Origin: Caecitellus pseudoparvulus
Taxonomy: Eukaryota > Protista > Bigyra: Bicosoecida
DNA length: 64,000 bases
NCBI GenBank assembly: GCA_965644315.1
Contig: CBFFRQ010000020.1
Span: forward strand, 248,001-312,000
Direction of reading: 5' to 3'
Shown here: one piece after another, positions 26,801 to 38,491 of the stretch
Layout of the letters: each line of letters opens with the position of its first letter
Numbering within the stretch: position 1 is the first letter of the stretch
Program-made: the position numbers and the translations under genes
Notes under the pieces: model-generated
The model's input: the letters and a program-made list of their open reading frames with translations, nothing else
What the model was told of the DNA's origin: nothing
The model's database searches: none

Positions 26801-28932
26801 CGGTGAGGATGCTCCCCCCCCTGCCCCCAGCTCCAGCACGCACATGCACTGCAGCTGCTATTGGCGCCGCCCCAGAGGCTACAGTGACACTGCCAGGCGA
26901 TGCTGCTGCGCCGGACTGCACCCTGACGCCTCCCGCGCGAACAGCTGGCGCCGACAGCAGACTGAGGTTGCCGCTCTGGGGGGCAGACCCCGTGACAAAG
27001 CGAAGGTGCCCAGAGCCTGAAGTCGCGCCGTTGCCCGAGGCCAGAGAGATGTCGCCAGCCCTGCCGGAGGCTGCTGGACCAATGGTGTCCCCACCAACAA
27101 TCTGCACGGACCCGCCGGTGCTGCTCCGCCCAGCCACGAGGGTCACGTTGCCTGCTGTGGGGCCGCTTCCCGCTCGCGCCGTCACTGCTCCTTGAGCGCC
27201 CGCCCGGAGCAAGACACCGCCGGCTGCCACGCCGGCCCCAGTCGAAACGCGCACACTGCCTGTGGAAGGCGCGCTCCCTGATGAAAGAGAAGCGGAGCCG
27301 GATGCAGCCGAGGAGCGGGCGGTGCGCACTGCAACACTGCCGGATGAGCCCCCTCCCACTCCCGACGCGAGGGTGGCACGCCCTCCACCCTGACGGGCGG
27401 CACCTGAGTGCAGGCGAAGAGGCGCCGACGCCCCCCCTGACTCACCAGCTCGAACCAGCACTCTGGAGCCTTGACCATGTGGGGAGAGCCCGGCTACCAG
27501 GGTGACAGGGCCGCCTCTGCCGCCGCCCCCGCGCCCGCCTTGCACGAGCAGGTCGCCCGAGGAGGCATTGGCGCGGGCTCCTGCGCCAGGCACTAATGAA
27601 ACAGCACCCTCCGTTGCAGTGACCAGCACGCTTCCACCGGTCGCCGCTGTGCTGTTTCCAGCGACCACGTGGACGTCGCCGCCCACGTGCCGCCCAGCGC
27701 CAGCCTGGAGCTGTGCGTGTCCCGCCGGCGCCTGGTGCTGGCGGGAGAGCAAGTTGGCGGGGGAGGAACCCGCGAGGAGGCTGACTGAGCCTCCATGGTG
27801 GGCGTGCCCAGTGCCGGCGCCGCCCTCCAGCACAATGTCTGCGCTGGCATTGGCCCCCTGGCCCGTGGAGGTCAGGGCCACGCTGGGGCCGGTCACGAGG
27901 AAGCCAGACGCGTTCAGCTGCAAGCTGAACGCGTCAGTGGGGCTGCCCGCAAACAACGCTCCGCCCCCAAGCAATGGGTCTGCGACGATTTCGAGGTCCC
28001 CTAGCACTCGGCTCACTGTGCAGAGCACCGATGGAAGCGGGAGGTGGCGGTGGCAGGAGGCGCGTGCGGGGCACGCCGCAGGTACGCACGGGCGAGCTTT
28101 CTGTCCTGAGGAGGGCATTCGCTTGGTTCAAGTAGCAGTCCATGGTCAATGGACTCCTCCCCTCGGCTTGTGGGACAAGAGGGTTGGCCCCAAGTGCCTT
28201 GCTTGGCTGCGTGGGCCTGGGCGACACACGTAGAGGTCGAGTGACACCAGCCGCACCCGTAGGGGTGCCGCGTGCACGCCTCGCACGTGGCCGCAGCTGC
28301 ACACACATCTGTGCAAGTGGAGGAGTCCAGAGGGTGCAAGGGTGCGCTGCGCCTGTCACCTGTTTACAGGAGGAACGCGCCCGCTGGCTGGGTGCGGAAA
28401 TCGCTCCCTGCACGCCAGCAGACACAACGCCACGGTGCAGGGCAGGAGGGGCCAGCACAGCCCTCACACTGGCCGGAGGCCATGCTCCTTGCTAGGGTGC
28501 GAGTGTGCACGCAGTGAGGACGCACCGGAATCAGCGGGGCACACGGCACCGCCTTCAAAGTACCACTCCGCGCAGGCAGGCGGGGAGGGCGAGCCAGGGA
28601 GAGCCGGCGCAGCCGGTCCGGAAGCAGTTCCAGGCAGGCAGCGCAGAGAGTCTTGGCAGAAGCCGCAGGCGCCCGTTGCAACGCAAGAGGAGCACGTCGT
28701 TCTGTGGCGTGAGCGTGGGTTTTGGTGTGCGGGCGCGCGTGCTGGGGCGTGCGGAGGCGCCGTGCAGGTTCTCAGTGCGGAACTTGCGCAGGAGGTGGCA
28801 GGAGGCACCGCGCACTCAAACGCCGCCCCCGGGCGCGAGGACTCACTCTTGGCTGCAGTGGGCGCGCGCAAGGCTAACGAGGGCCAGCAAGGCGGCTGCC
28901 CTGGTGGCTGAGAGGAAGCCTGGCGGCCGCAT
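1..28932 (-). CDS. Giant secreted/surface protein: signal peptide + 2 PSI-type Cys domains + very long Gly/Ser/Ala/Val-rich repeat region (probable beta-solenoid); 3' end lies beyond the window; 4 single-base frameshifts as assembled
   Basis: ATG at 28932 gives MRPPGFLSATRAAALLALVSLARAHCSQE. Exons 28932-28847, 28701-28526, 28308-28090 and 28015-<1 are joined by phase-compatible GT-AG introns. The ORF-track pieces (3780, 1837, 564 and 1779 aa) join once C5 runs at 17117, 11856, 10156 and 4895 are read as C6. I translated 4174-2871 by hand and found no stop; 2870-1 matches an open part of the repeat. Confidence 0.85.
4175..19291. repeat. Tandem repeat, unit ~5,262 bp (1,754 codons): copy A 19291-14031, copy B 14030-8770, copy C 8769-4175 (truncated)
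   Basis: Near-identical sequence at a 5,261-bp offset (e.g. antisense ORFs at 4990/10251/15512). Identity ends at 19291/14030 on the right and 4175/9436 on the left. Confidence 0.97.
28016..28846 (-). other. Three spliceosomal introns of the giant gene (28846-28702, 28525-28309, 28089-28016)
   Basis: Donors GTGAGT, GTGCGT, GTGCGT and CAG acceptors; all three restore one continuous frame. Confidence 0.75.
28110..28858 (-). other. Two PSI (plexin-semaphorin-integrin)-type cysteine-rich domains at the N-terminus of the giant protein
   Basis: After splicing: CSQETTCSSCVATGACGFCQDSLRCLPG...CAEWYF and CAAAATCEACTRHPYGCGWCHSTSTCV, matching the PSI pattern C-x5-C-x2-C-x5/6-C-G-[WF]-C-x5-C. Confidence 0.75.
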
Positions 28933-29428
28933 GTCAACGTAGAAGCGCGCACAAGCGTGCGTGGCAGCGAGCCGAAACGCGCTGCTCAAAACGCAGGAGC
29001 TGCGCCCTGCCTGCGAGGGCAGGCAAGGGGCGGTCCTGACAATGGGTAATGCAGCAAGGTGGGCCTTGCATGCAAAGGGTGAGTTCATGAGGCATGAACT
29101 GCAAAATGGCCGGCGCGGGGAATGGTGCCCTGCAGGCAGGCCTGACGTGTGTGCTGCAGTGGCGTGGTGCGGAAATTGAGGCGGCACACTCTGAGCACCC
29201 TCCAGCGCACCGGGCGGCAGAGCAGCCTGCAGGGCAAATTCTGGCCTGTCTGAAGCTCGCTGCATGATGCATGCCTGCCGTCACTGCACCTCAGCGCCGG
29301 CCACAAACCGTGAACCAGGCCTAGCCCACCGGGCGAGCTAGCTAGGCCACTTCGAGGCGAGGCTCGCAGCGCCGCGCCCCCGGCGCCACCGACTCCTTGC
29401 CGTGGCAGTGCGCGCATGTCAGTGCACC
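28933..29428. promoter_or_regulatory. Probable bidirectional promoter between the giant gene and ZMYND12-like
   Basis: ~500-bp gap between two divergent start codons; inferred from position only. Confidence 0.4.
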
Positions 29429-30574
29429 ATGGCATCTTCTGCTGCTGCTGCTGCTGCATCGGAGGTGGGGGGGCATGGTGCCTCAGGGCACGGCACCGGC
29501 GTCGCGCAGTCGTGGGCTGCGAAACGGGACGCGTTGCTGGCAGAGCTGGAGGAGCCGCCCCCCGTCGTGGGCAGCGAAGAGGAGCGCGCCAAGCGTGAGA
29601 AGATCGTGGAGGGTGCGCATTTGGCCTTGATTTCCCTGTACCGCAACGAGTCGGCGGCGCTGATGCTGCAGGTGAGCAGGCGGGCGACTGTGCGCGATCC
29701 TGCTGGCCAACTTCCGCAGGGCTCCTCCCCTTCCCCCCGCGCAGGGCGAGCACCGTGAGGCGGTGGTGGCCGCCCGGCAGGCGCTGAAGTTCTCCATCAA
29801 GGTGTACGGCGAGGGCGCCCTGGAGGTGGTGCCTGCGTACCTGCTGCTGGCCGAGGCGACGCTGGGCGTGGGTGGGTGTGCCACCGTCGCTGCGACGCGC
29901 AGTCTGAGAGGGCGCTCACGCCAGCGCTCCCCCCCCCTCGCCCACCCCGCACAGGCAAGCACCACCAAGTGCAGGAGCTGTTGAGCATGGCGAACTGGAC
30001 CGTCGTGCGGGCTGGCGGGCGCGTGAGCCACGGCCTGCGGTCCGCCATGCACCGCAACTTCGGGAAGCTGTTTGCAGCGCAGGGGCGGCTGGAGGAGGCG
30101 CTGGCGGAGCTGGCGCGGGATGTGTACCACTGCGCCCTGCAGGTGGGCCCCGACCACATCGACACGACGAATGGCTACTTCCACATGGGCAGCATCTTCG
30201 CGGCGCAGGGCAAGGGCGACGCCGCCCTCGCCTTCTACGACAAGGTGGTGGATTGCTGGTACAAGTTCTTGCTGGCGGCGGTGGGGGGGGGGGACCCGCC
30301 CCCCTCCCCTGCCCAGGTGGCGGAGGCTGACGCCATGCTGCAGGGCGTCGCCGCGGCTCGCACGCAGCGCCTGGGCCCGCACCACGTGGCGGTGGGGGAG
30401 GCGGCGTACACCCGGGCCCTGCTGCTGGCGTGGGCGGGGCAGGGGGCGGATGCGGCGGACCTGGCCCGCACAGCGCATGCCGTGTACGTGGAGTGCTTGG
30501 GGGCGGACCACCCCAGCAGTGCGGAGGTGGCGGCCTTTGCGGAGGGGGTGGCGGCGGGGGGGGAGGGGGTGTGA
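29429..30574 (+). CDS. ZMYND12: ZMYND12-like TPR-type ciliary protein, apparently without the MYND finger
   Basis: Exons 29429-29671, 29745-29871, 29955-30574. Motifs SEEER, VYGEGALEVVPAYLLLAEATLG, ANWTVV, HRNFGKLF, LARDVY, GYFHMGSIF and FYDKVVDCW match ZMYND12 as I recall it. Confidence 0.85.
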
Positions 30575-30586
30575 CCCCCCCGCCCC

Positions 30587-31702
30587 TCACCCCTCCTCCT
30601 CCTCCCACTCCCCCCCACACGCACTGCACTCGTAGTGCATCGTGGCGCCCCCCCGCCCCTTGCTCCCCCACGTCTCGCTCTTGCCCACATCCCGCGCGGA
30701 GCGCAGGGTGAGCCTGGACACGGCCCGCTGCCCGCAGTGCTGGCAGGGCAGGGAGCAGGGCATGGCGGGGTTGGCGGGGGCGGCGGCACGTGCGGCTCGA
30801 AATGCATCCCGCGTCGCTGCGACGTGGCGTGGGGCCAGGGCGGACGGCGGCAGCGCCACGAGGGCGGTGGGGGTGAGGCCCCCCCCCGTCACCCGCCCCA
30901 CCAGGTCTGCGTTGCCGTCGGCCCGCAGGTTCAGGATGAGAGACTGGGCGGCGGCGGCGTAGGAGGGAGGGGGTGGAGGGGGGTGCCCCCCCTCCCACCC
31001 CATGGGCCACCGCCAACGCGCCCTCCACTGCCACTGCCAGGGACAGGAGGGTGGGGGTGGGGGGGTCCGCCGTGGGGGACCACCCCAGAGCACCCGCCAG
31101 CAGGGCCGCCACCCTCCGGCGATGGGGGGGCAGTGCGGCGCCGGCTCCACCCGACGCTGTGAGGGCCGCGTCGGCGGCAGCCACGCTTTGTGCCGTGGTG
31201 GGGGGGCTGGAGGGGGGGGGTGGTGGGCGCTTGGAGGGGGGGGGCACCGGCCCCTGCCCCGGCAGGCGGCGCTTGCGGCGGGGCAGGGGTGCTGGTGGTC
31301 GGCGCCCGGTGGTGGCGGCGGCGGCGCCGCCCACGTCACCAAAGGTGGTGGAGGGGGCTGGTGCAGACGTGGGTGTGTCGGGCGGTGTGGGTGTGAGGGA
31401 GGCCGCGTGGGCCGCCTCCAGCTCCTCTTGCACTGCTTGGCGCAACTGCTTGTACCACTGCGGCGGGGCAGGGAGCGGAGCAATTACCGCGGCGCCAGGC
31501 AGCGCCGCCCCACCCCACGCACCTTGCGAGCGGGCGTGATTTGTTCCTGCAGCGTAGCACGGTTCAGCACCTTCCACTTGGGCGAATTCACGGGGTGCTC
31601 TGCCGTGTACTTGTGGTAGCAGCAGTAGCAGTGGCGGCCGGCGTACTGCAGTGCAGCAGGCAGGGCGCAGCGGCCCACGGCACACGGCGTCGGCTGGCTC
31701 AT
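30587..31702 (-). CDS. TFIIS-like protein (central domain + C-terminal Zn ribbon); one apparent frameshift near 30985
   Basis: Exons 31702-31523 and 31457-30587. LAVAVEGAL...YAAAAQSLILNLRADGNADLVGRVTGGGLTPTALVALPPSALA resembles the TFIIS central domain; CQHC...YECSACGGEW is a Zn ribbon. Confidence 0.7.
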
Positions 31703-31793
31703 GGCGTGATGGGGCGGGGGGGTGCGATGGTACAGGGGGTGTCCCTGTGCGTTTTGGAGTGTGTTGTGGGCGCTGCATTGGGGTGAGGGGGGG

Positions 31794-34700
31794 TCAGTGC
31801 GTGGGCCCCCCTCCGCCGGCCCACGCTGTGAAGAAGGCACGCCAAGCGGCGGCGTCACCCCCCTGCAGCAGTGCGGCGGCGTCCGCCCCCGCCCGCCCCG
31901 CGCGCACCGCCGCCGCCTTGGAGGAGGGGGACACCGCCCCCGCCGCCAGGCAGGCTGGTGCCGCCGTCGCTGCGGCCAGGCAGGCCAGGAGCAGGGTGAC
32001 GGTGGGGGGGGGTGCCGCCGCCAGGGCCGGCGTGACGAGGCCAGCCAGTGCAGGCACTGCTGCGAGGAGGTGAGGCGCCCCCGCCAAGGTGACATCCTCC
32101 AGCTGCGCGGCCGGGGCCCAGGCGGGGGGGAGGCAGCCCCCCTCCACGGCTGCCAGGAGGGGGGCTCGAGCGGGCATGGCCGTCGCCAGGAGACGCAGCA
32201 GGGTGTTGTGCAGGGGGGCGCCGGGGGTGGTGGTGCGCTTGGACACGGTGGCCAGGGCGGGGCAGGCTGTGGGGGCGCCCGTCATGCCGCAGGGGCGGGG
32301 GGGCGGCAGCGCCACGGCGTCGGGGGGCAGGGGCGGCAGCGGCGGCAGGGGTTCCTGTGGAGGAGGGGGCGTGGCGCACCCCCCCCCTGCCGCCCCACTG
32401 TCCTGGCCCTGAGGGGGGGGTGGCGGCCCGCTGCCCACCCGTGTCAGGCCCTTGCCCAGCGCACAGGCGCCGGACCCGCCCCCCGCCAGGGCGGCCACCT
32501 CCCCCCCCGTCAACGCACGATCCCAGGTCATGCTGCACACCGCCGCAGAGGTGGTGGCCATCGTACCACACGTGCTCGCCTCGTTGACGGGGGCCCCTAA
32601 CCGCCACGCAAGGGGGGGCAGCGGCGCGGCGGTGCCGGGTGGCAGCACAGCCGCCACCGTCGCAGGCACCCCCACCTCCGGCAACGCAGCAAGCAGGGCC
32701 ACCTCGGGGCAGGAGCGGGCATGGGGGGCGAGGGCGGGGGCCGCCGCCGCCACTGCCGCAAGCACACCCCCTGACACGGCGGGTGCAGCCGCCACGCCCA
32801 CCGTCAGTAGGAGCAGGGCCCATGCCCTGCGGGCGGGGGGGGGCGTGTCCGGGTGCGCTGCATGCCCGCAGCAGGCCCGCCACAGTGCCTGCTGCGTGGT
32901 AGCGGGCAGGGTGGCGGCGGCGGCGGGGGCTGCCAGGAGGGCCAGGCGGGCGGGGGCGGCGGCATCCAGGGGGGTGGGGGGGGCACCGCCCCCCCCACTG
33001 ATGGACAGGGTGACGCCGGCCCCCGCCGCATCCAGGGGAGATAGGCGCAGGGTGATGCCGCCGCCCCCCAGGGAGAGCGGGGGGGGGACCCCGCCGCCGC
33101 CCCCCCCCCGCCCCACCTCCGGCGCCAGCACATGCTGCGCTGCCCAGGCCAGCAGGGCGGGGGGCGGCGCCGCACCCCCCCTGCACACCCCTGCCACACT
33201 CACCCCCCCCACCCACGGCAGTGCCTGGGGGGGGGCCGCCGCAGCAGTCAAACCGCCCGCCCACATGCCAGGCGGCCACTGCCGCAGGGCGGCCAGCTGG
33301 GAGGGGAGGGGCAGTGCCGTCCACAGGGTGGGCGGGGGTGGAGGGGGGGTGTCCCGCCGCCCCCCCTGTCCCCCCCCGCCCTACCCCCCACACTGGCTGC
33401 CCACCCTCGCACGGCGGACGGCAGGTTGGCGGGGGGGGCGCCGGCGCACGCAGCTGCCAGCAGGTGCAGAGCAGGTGGCGGCAGGGGGTGGTCCACTGCC
33501 GCCAGGGCTGCCGCCAGGGCAGGGGGGGGCAGGGGGTCCGTCCCCCCCCCCGCCAGCACTGCCGCCAGCACTGCCATGTGCCCCAGGAGGGGGCAGGGGG
33601 GGGGAGGGGGGGTCCCCCGGCCACCCCCCATGTCCCCCCTGCCCCCTCGCTGCCCCCCCCCTGCCTGCACGGCACTTGCAGCCAGGAGGGCCAGGGCGGT
33701 GGGGGGGTGCGCCAGGGCGGGGAGGGGGTGCCGGCACCCCCTCCAGCAGCGCACTGGCGACGGCGGCGTGCAGGGAGGGGAGGGTGGGGGGGGCTGGGGT
33801 GGCGCTGGGGGCGGCAGTGCCCCCCCCAGCGGAGGGGGGGCCGCCGCCGCCCCCCTCGGTGGCGGCGTGTGGGCCCACCCCCCACGCTCGCGGCAGATGG
33901 GGCGGCGGCGTGCCTGCTAGAATGCCAGCAGCAGCGGCGAGGGTGGGGGGTGCGGGGACCCCCCCCACCAGCAGCGCCGGGAGGGGTGGTGGCAGGGTGC
34001 CGCCCCCCCCCTCCCGCAGACTGCGCTGCAGGACGGGTGCCAGGGGGCCTGGCGAGGCGGCCGCATCGGCGCCCATGTCGGCGCCCGTGTCCACTGCCCG
34101 TGCCAGGGCAGTGGACACGGGCGCACTTGTGAGCAGCACAGCCAGTGCGGCGGTGGAAGGCGGCAGCGGCAGCGGGGCAGGCAGTGACCACGCCTCCGCC
34201 AGGATGCGCCGGCTGAGGGGGGTGGCGGCGGCCCCCCCCTCCCGCCCCACCGCCGCCGCCAGCAGCAGGCGCACAGACAGGGGCACGCCGGGGGCGGCGG
34301 CGGCATGCAGCCATGTGCCCAGGGTGGCGGAGGGGGTGGCCCCACCCGCAGCACGGGCGCACACTGCCGCCCACAGGGGGGGTGTGTCCGCCAGGGGGGG
34401 TAAGCCCAGCAGGCCCGCCGCCGCCCAGGTGGGCCCATGCTGCGGGTGGTGGGCCGCCAGCGCCGCCGCGGCCCAGGCGATGGCCGCTGGCAACGCAGCA
34501 GCCAGGGCGGGGTGGCTCGCTGCGAGGAGCAGGGAGAGGAGGGGAGGGGGGGTCAGTTTCAGGGGGTTGGGGGGTGGGCACCCCCTCCCACCCCCACCTC
34601 CCCCAGCACACCCCCCAGCACACACCCCAACAGGCGCGGCGAGCCACCCCCCCTCACCAAGGCGTGCAGCGCCGAGGAGGGGGGGGGTGGGGGGGCGGAC

Positions 34701-37700
34701 ACCCCCCCCCACCCCGCACACGCTGCCACTGCCTGTGGCCAGGGGATCCCCCCCACCACCCGCCCTGCCCGCACCGCCGCCAGCAGTCGCGGCAGGGGTG
34801 AGCCCACCTCCCGCCACGTCGCTGCGACGAGGAGGTGGAGGAGGGGTCCGGGGGGGGGCGGGTCCGCGCCAGACAGGTGCAGGAGCCAGGTGGCCAGAGT
34901 ACTAGGGGGCAGCCCTGCGAAGGTGATGGGGGGCAGGGGCCCCTCTGCCTCGCACACCAGGCGCGTCAACCAGGGGGGGGGGGTGCACTGCCCCCCCACG
35001 CACGCCCACGGCAAGCCTGCCTGCCCCAGGTGCCCCGCCGCCGCCCCCGCCGCCGCCGCCGCCGCCACCACTGCCGCCACTGCCGGCACCCCCAGCACCG
35101 TGGCCGTCTGCTGTGCCGTGGAGGGGGGTGCGCCCAGCCCGCTCGCCAGTGCGGAAATTGCCGCCGGCGAAACCAGCCCCGCCCGCGCCGCCACGCACGC
35201 CGCACGGAGGAACGCCGCCGTGGCGGGGGGCAGGGGGCCCCCGGGGGGCTGTCCCTCCGCCAGCAGGCTCGCCACGGCGGCGGCATCTGTGGCCAGGGCG
35301 GCACACAGGAGCAGGGCTTGGGGGGCAGAGGGCGGCAGAGCGGCGAGGGAGGCGGCGAGGCGGGCCAGGGGGGGTGGTGAGGGGGGGGCGGGGTCCCCTC
35401 TGCCAGGGGGCGCAGGGCCACGTCCCAGGTCCACGGGTGCAGGAGGGGGGCGGGGTCCCCCCCCTCCTGCTCATCCGCTGCCTCCCCCCCGGCGCATCCT
35501 TCGCAGCCTGCAGCGCTGCCAGCAGCTGCGCCAAGGCCTGCCCCGCCTCCCACAGGGGGGGGGGGATGGGGGGGGTGACCCCCCTCATCCACCCCCCCAC
35601 CACCTCCCCCACTGGCGGCGCCAGGGCCAGGAGGGCCTGTGCGTCCCCTGGGGGGGGGGGTCCCCCGCCCCCGGGCAAGGAGGGGGTGCGCTTCAGGGGG
35701 GGGGGTCGGCTGCCTGGTCCCCCCCCCTCCGCCGCCGCCGCCGCCGCCACTGCCGCTTCCAGCGCCGGCGCCAGGCTGTGCGGCAGCGGTGGGCCCATGC
35801 CCCGGCACAGCGCCACTGCCGACAGGGGCAGTGCGGGGATGAGGTGCGCCGCGCAGAGGAGGGGGGATGCCGCCCCCAGTGCGGATGCGAGGGCGGACGC
35901 GGCCCCCTGGCCCAAGGCCAGTGCCAGCCCCAGGGGGGCAGTGTGGGGGGGGGCGTCACCCCCTAGGTACGGCGCCAGACCCAGGCCCGCCCGCAGAGCC
36001 GTGGTGTAGGTGAGGGTGGCGGAGGAGGAGGAGGAGGAGGTGGGCGCGCCCAGGGTGGAGGGGGGGCGGGGGGTGGCGGTGGCCCCCCCTCCCCCGGCCC
36101 CCCGCCCCCGCACTGGCCCTGCGTGCCCGCCGGCGTTTCACCAGCATGCCTCCCGCGCGGGGGCGTTTCGCCCGCGCGGGGGCGGGGGCGGGGTGGGGTG
36201 TCGAGGAGGGGGCGACGCCGCCGCCCCCCTCACTGCCCACGCTGCTGACACTGTTGGAGCGGGGTCGCTTCGTGCCGCCGCCGCTGGCGCCTGGACTGTG
36301 CTGGCGCGAGAGGGGGGGTGGCGCGGCTCCGGCACTGTCCTTGGCACTGGCAGTGGGTGTGCCGCCGCTACCGCCGCCAGCGGTGGACCCCCCCACCGCC
36401 ACCCCCGCCACCAAGTGTGCCGCCAGCGCCACCGCCCGCACCCCCGCCACTGCCGCCCTTCCCTCCACAGTGCCAGAGGTGCCCACTCGGTGCCCGCTAG
36501 CTTGCACCTGCATGTGGTACTGCAACTCCAATGACATGCCACTGCCGCCGCCGCCGCTGGTGCTGCTGCTGGTGCTGGTGCTGGTGGGGGGGCCCCCCAC
36601 CACATGGCTCGTGCTCACGAACACCCCCAGCGCATCCTGCAACGCAGCAGCGCTGGTCAGCGGCGGCTGTGGCGTCTGCAGGGCTGCTAGGGGACTGAGT
36701 AGCCCCAGCAGCAGAGCGGCAGGGGGGAGGGGGGTCCACCCCCCCCCCGCTGGACGAGGGGGGGGGGGTGCCTTCGTCGCCGGGGGGGGGGTGTCCCCTG
36801 GCGCCCCCGGCTTGCATGCGGCCTTGAGGGCTTGCAGCAGGTACACCGTGCTGTGTAGGATGCGGGTGACGGTTTGGATGAGGGGGCGAGTCTGGCCCCA
36901 GGAGCTGGCGGTGCGGGTGGGGTCCATGCCGCCGCCGCCGCCGGTGCCCCGGGGGGGTGCCCCCCCCAGCTGCTCTGACAGTTTGTCATGGATGCGGGAG
37001 GTGCCGGCAGCGCTGGAGCCGGTTGCACTGCCCCCGCGGCGGCCGAGGGAGGTGTGACCCCCCCCCTCCACCCCCTGCGTCTGCAGGGCGTTGGCCACCA
37101 GGATGGCCTGCCGCATGGCCTGCCCCACCAGAAACGCCACGCCGACACATGGGCCCACCCCCGCCGCCGCCGCCACAGAGGCCTGCAACCACGCAAGGGG
37201 GGGGGGCGTGTCGGCCGGTGCTCCCCCCCCCCCTTGCGCTGCCGCCAGGGCCTGGGCGATGTGCGTGACCCGCCCCCCTTGCACCAGCAGTGCGGGGGCC
37301 AGGGCCGACACGAGAGGCATGTCCCCCCCCAGACCATGCGCCAGCAGTGCCCGCAGGAAGAGCGGCGGCGCGGCGTGTGCCGTGCGCGCCAGGGCAGCAG
37401 TAATGCCGCCGCGCCTATCCATGCGCACTCGCACCGCCAGCAGAGCCAGCAGGGGGCCCAGGGTGGGGGCGCTGCCATCCAGCTGCGCCATGGCAGCAGG
37501 CAGCAGGGGCGGCAGCGCCTCCTCGCACTCAGGGGCTGCGGCGCCCACCGCCATGGCTGCTGCCTTCAGGGCGCCGTACCACTTGGGCAGGGCGGCGGCG
37601 ACACCTGGGAGGGCCAGGCACTGCGTCAGGGTGGACAGGAGGTTGGACACGGCGGCGGGGGAGGGGGGGGCGGACCCCGTGGTGAGGCGGGAGAGGGCAC

Positions 37701-38319
37701 GGTCCACCGCCCCCACTGCGGCAGCACCCAGGACGGGGGGGCCGTCAGGGGGGAAGGCGGGGAGGGGGGGTGGGGCACCCCCCCCTCATCCCCCCTCCGC
37801 CCCCCCGCTGCCGCCAGCAACCCCCCCGCCACCGGCCCGCTCACCGCCGCCGCCTCCTCCGCATCCACCCACACGCGGCTCTGCAGGGCATCCCGCAGAA
37901 ACGCCCCCGCCACGCCCTCCGGCCAGGTGTTGCCCTGCGCCAGACTAGCACCCCCCAACCACGCCAACACCGCACAGGCCGCTCGCAGGAGGGCGGGGGG
38001 GGGCGGCGCCGCCTCGCTCCCCGACTCCAACAGCCCGATGCAAGCGTCCACAGCCCCCGTGTCCAGGAGTTCCTGCGAGGAGGGGCGTGGAGGTCGTGTG
38101 CGCCGCTGCGCCAGCCACAGCCCCGCCGCCGCGCCGCCTCACCTCCGCGCAGCCCTGTGCGTCGACGGTGAAGGCGTCCAACGCAGCGTCCAGCGCCTGC
38201 CCCGGCACATACGCCGACGCAAACGCCTGCAGCATGGCAGTCCATTCCTTCAGAGTGCATTCTTCCTGCACCAGTGACTCGGTGTACCGCACCAGGGCGG
38301 TGTAGTCCCCGGCGGCCAT
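31794..38319 (-). CDS. Large Ala/Gly/Pro-rich helical protein with INTS1-like N-terminal part; several homopolymer frameshifts; may be two genes
   Basis: ATG at 38319, intron 38142-38073. WPEGVAGAFLRDALQSRVWVD followed by SNLLSTLTQCLALPGV resembles the INTS1 WPE-x7-D-x-L-x2-R-x-WVD block. Overlapping coding-like minus ORFs continue to a stop at 31794. Confidence 0.4.
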
Positions 38320-38491
38320 ACGGGTGGGGGGCGCTCAAATTCCGCACACCAACCCCACGCTGCCCACGCAACGCGCAGCCCCGCCGCCACGCACAACCGC
38401 AGGCACAGCGCGCTCAGCTCCGGGTGCCGGCGTGGGTCACTGGCATTCACGTGTGTGACTTCGAATTGCCCCCCGCCCCGCGCTGCCGGCC

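Noticed and set aside
1-28015. Mycobacterial PE-PGRS or bacterial autotransporter
   Set aside because: Spliceosomal introns, PSI domains and eukaryotic neighbours; no PE domain seen. The similarity is compositional.
4812-28118. Treating the 3780, 1837, 564 and 1779 aa ORFs as separate genes
   Set aside because: Their ends coincide with C5 runs that are C6 and read through in sister copies; they are fragments of one gene.
65-28233. Many Pro/Thr-rich plus-strand ORFs (mucin/extensin-like, up to 409 aa)
   Set aside because: They are antisense shadows of the Gly/Val/Ser codons of the giant minus-strand gene and are broken by stops, while the minus frame is continuous and has a signal peptide.
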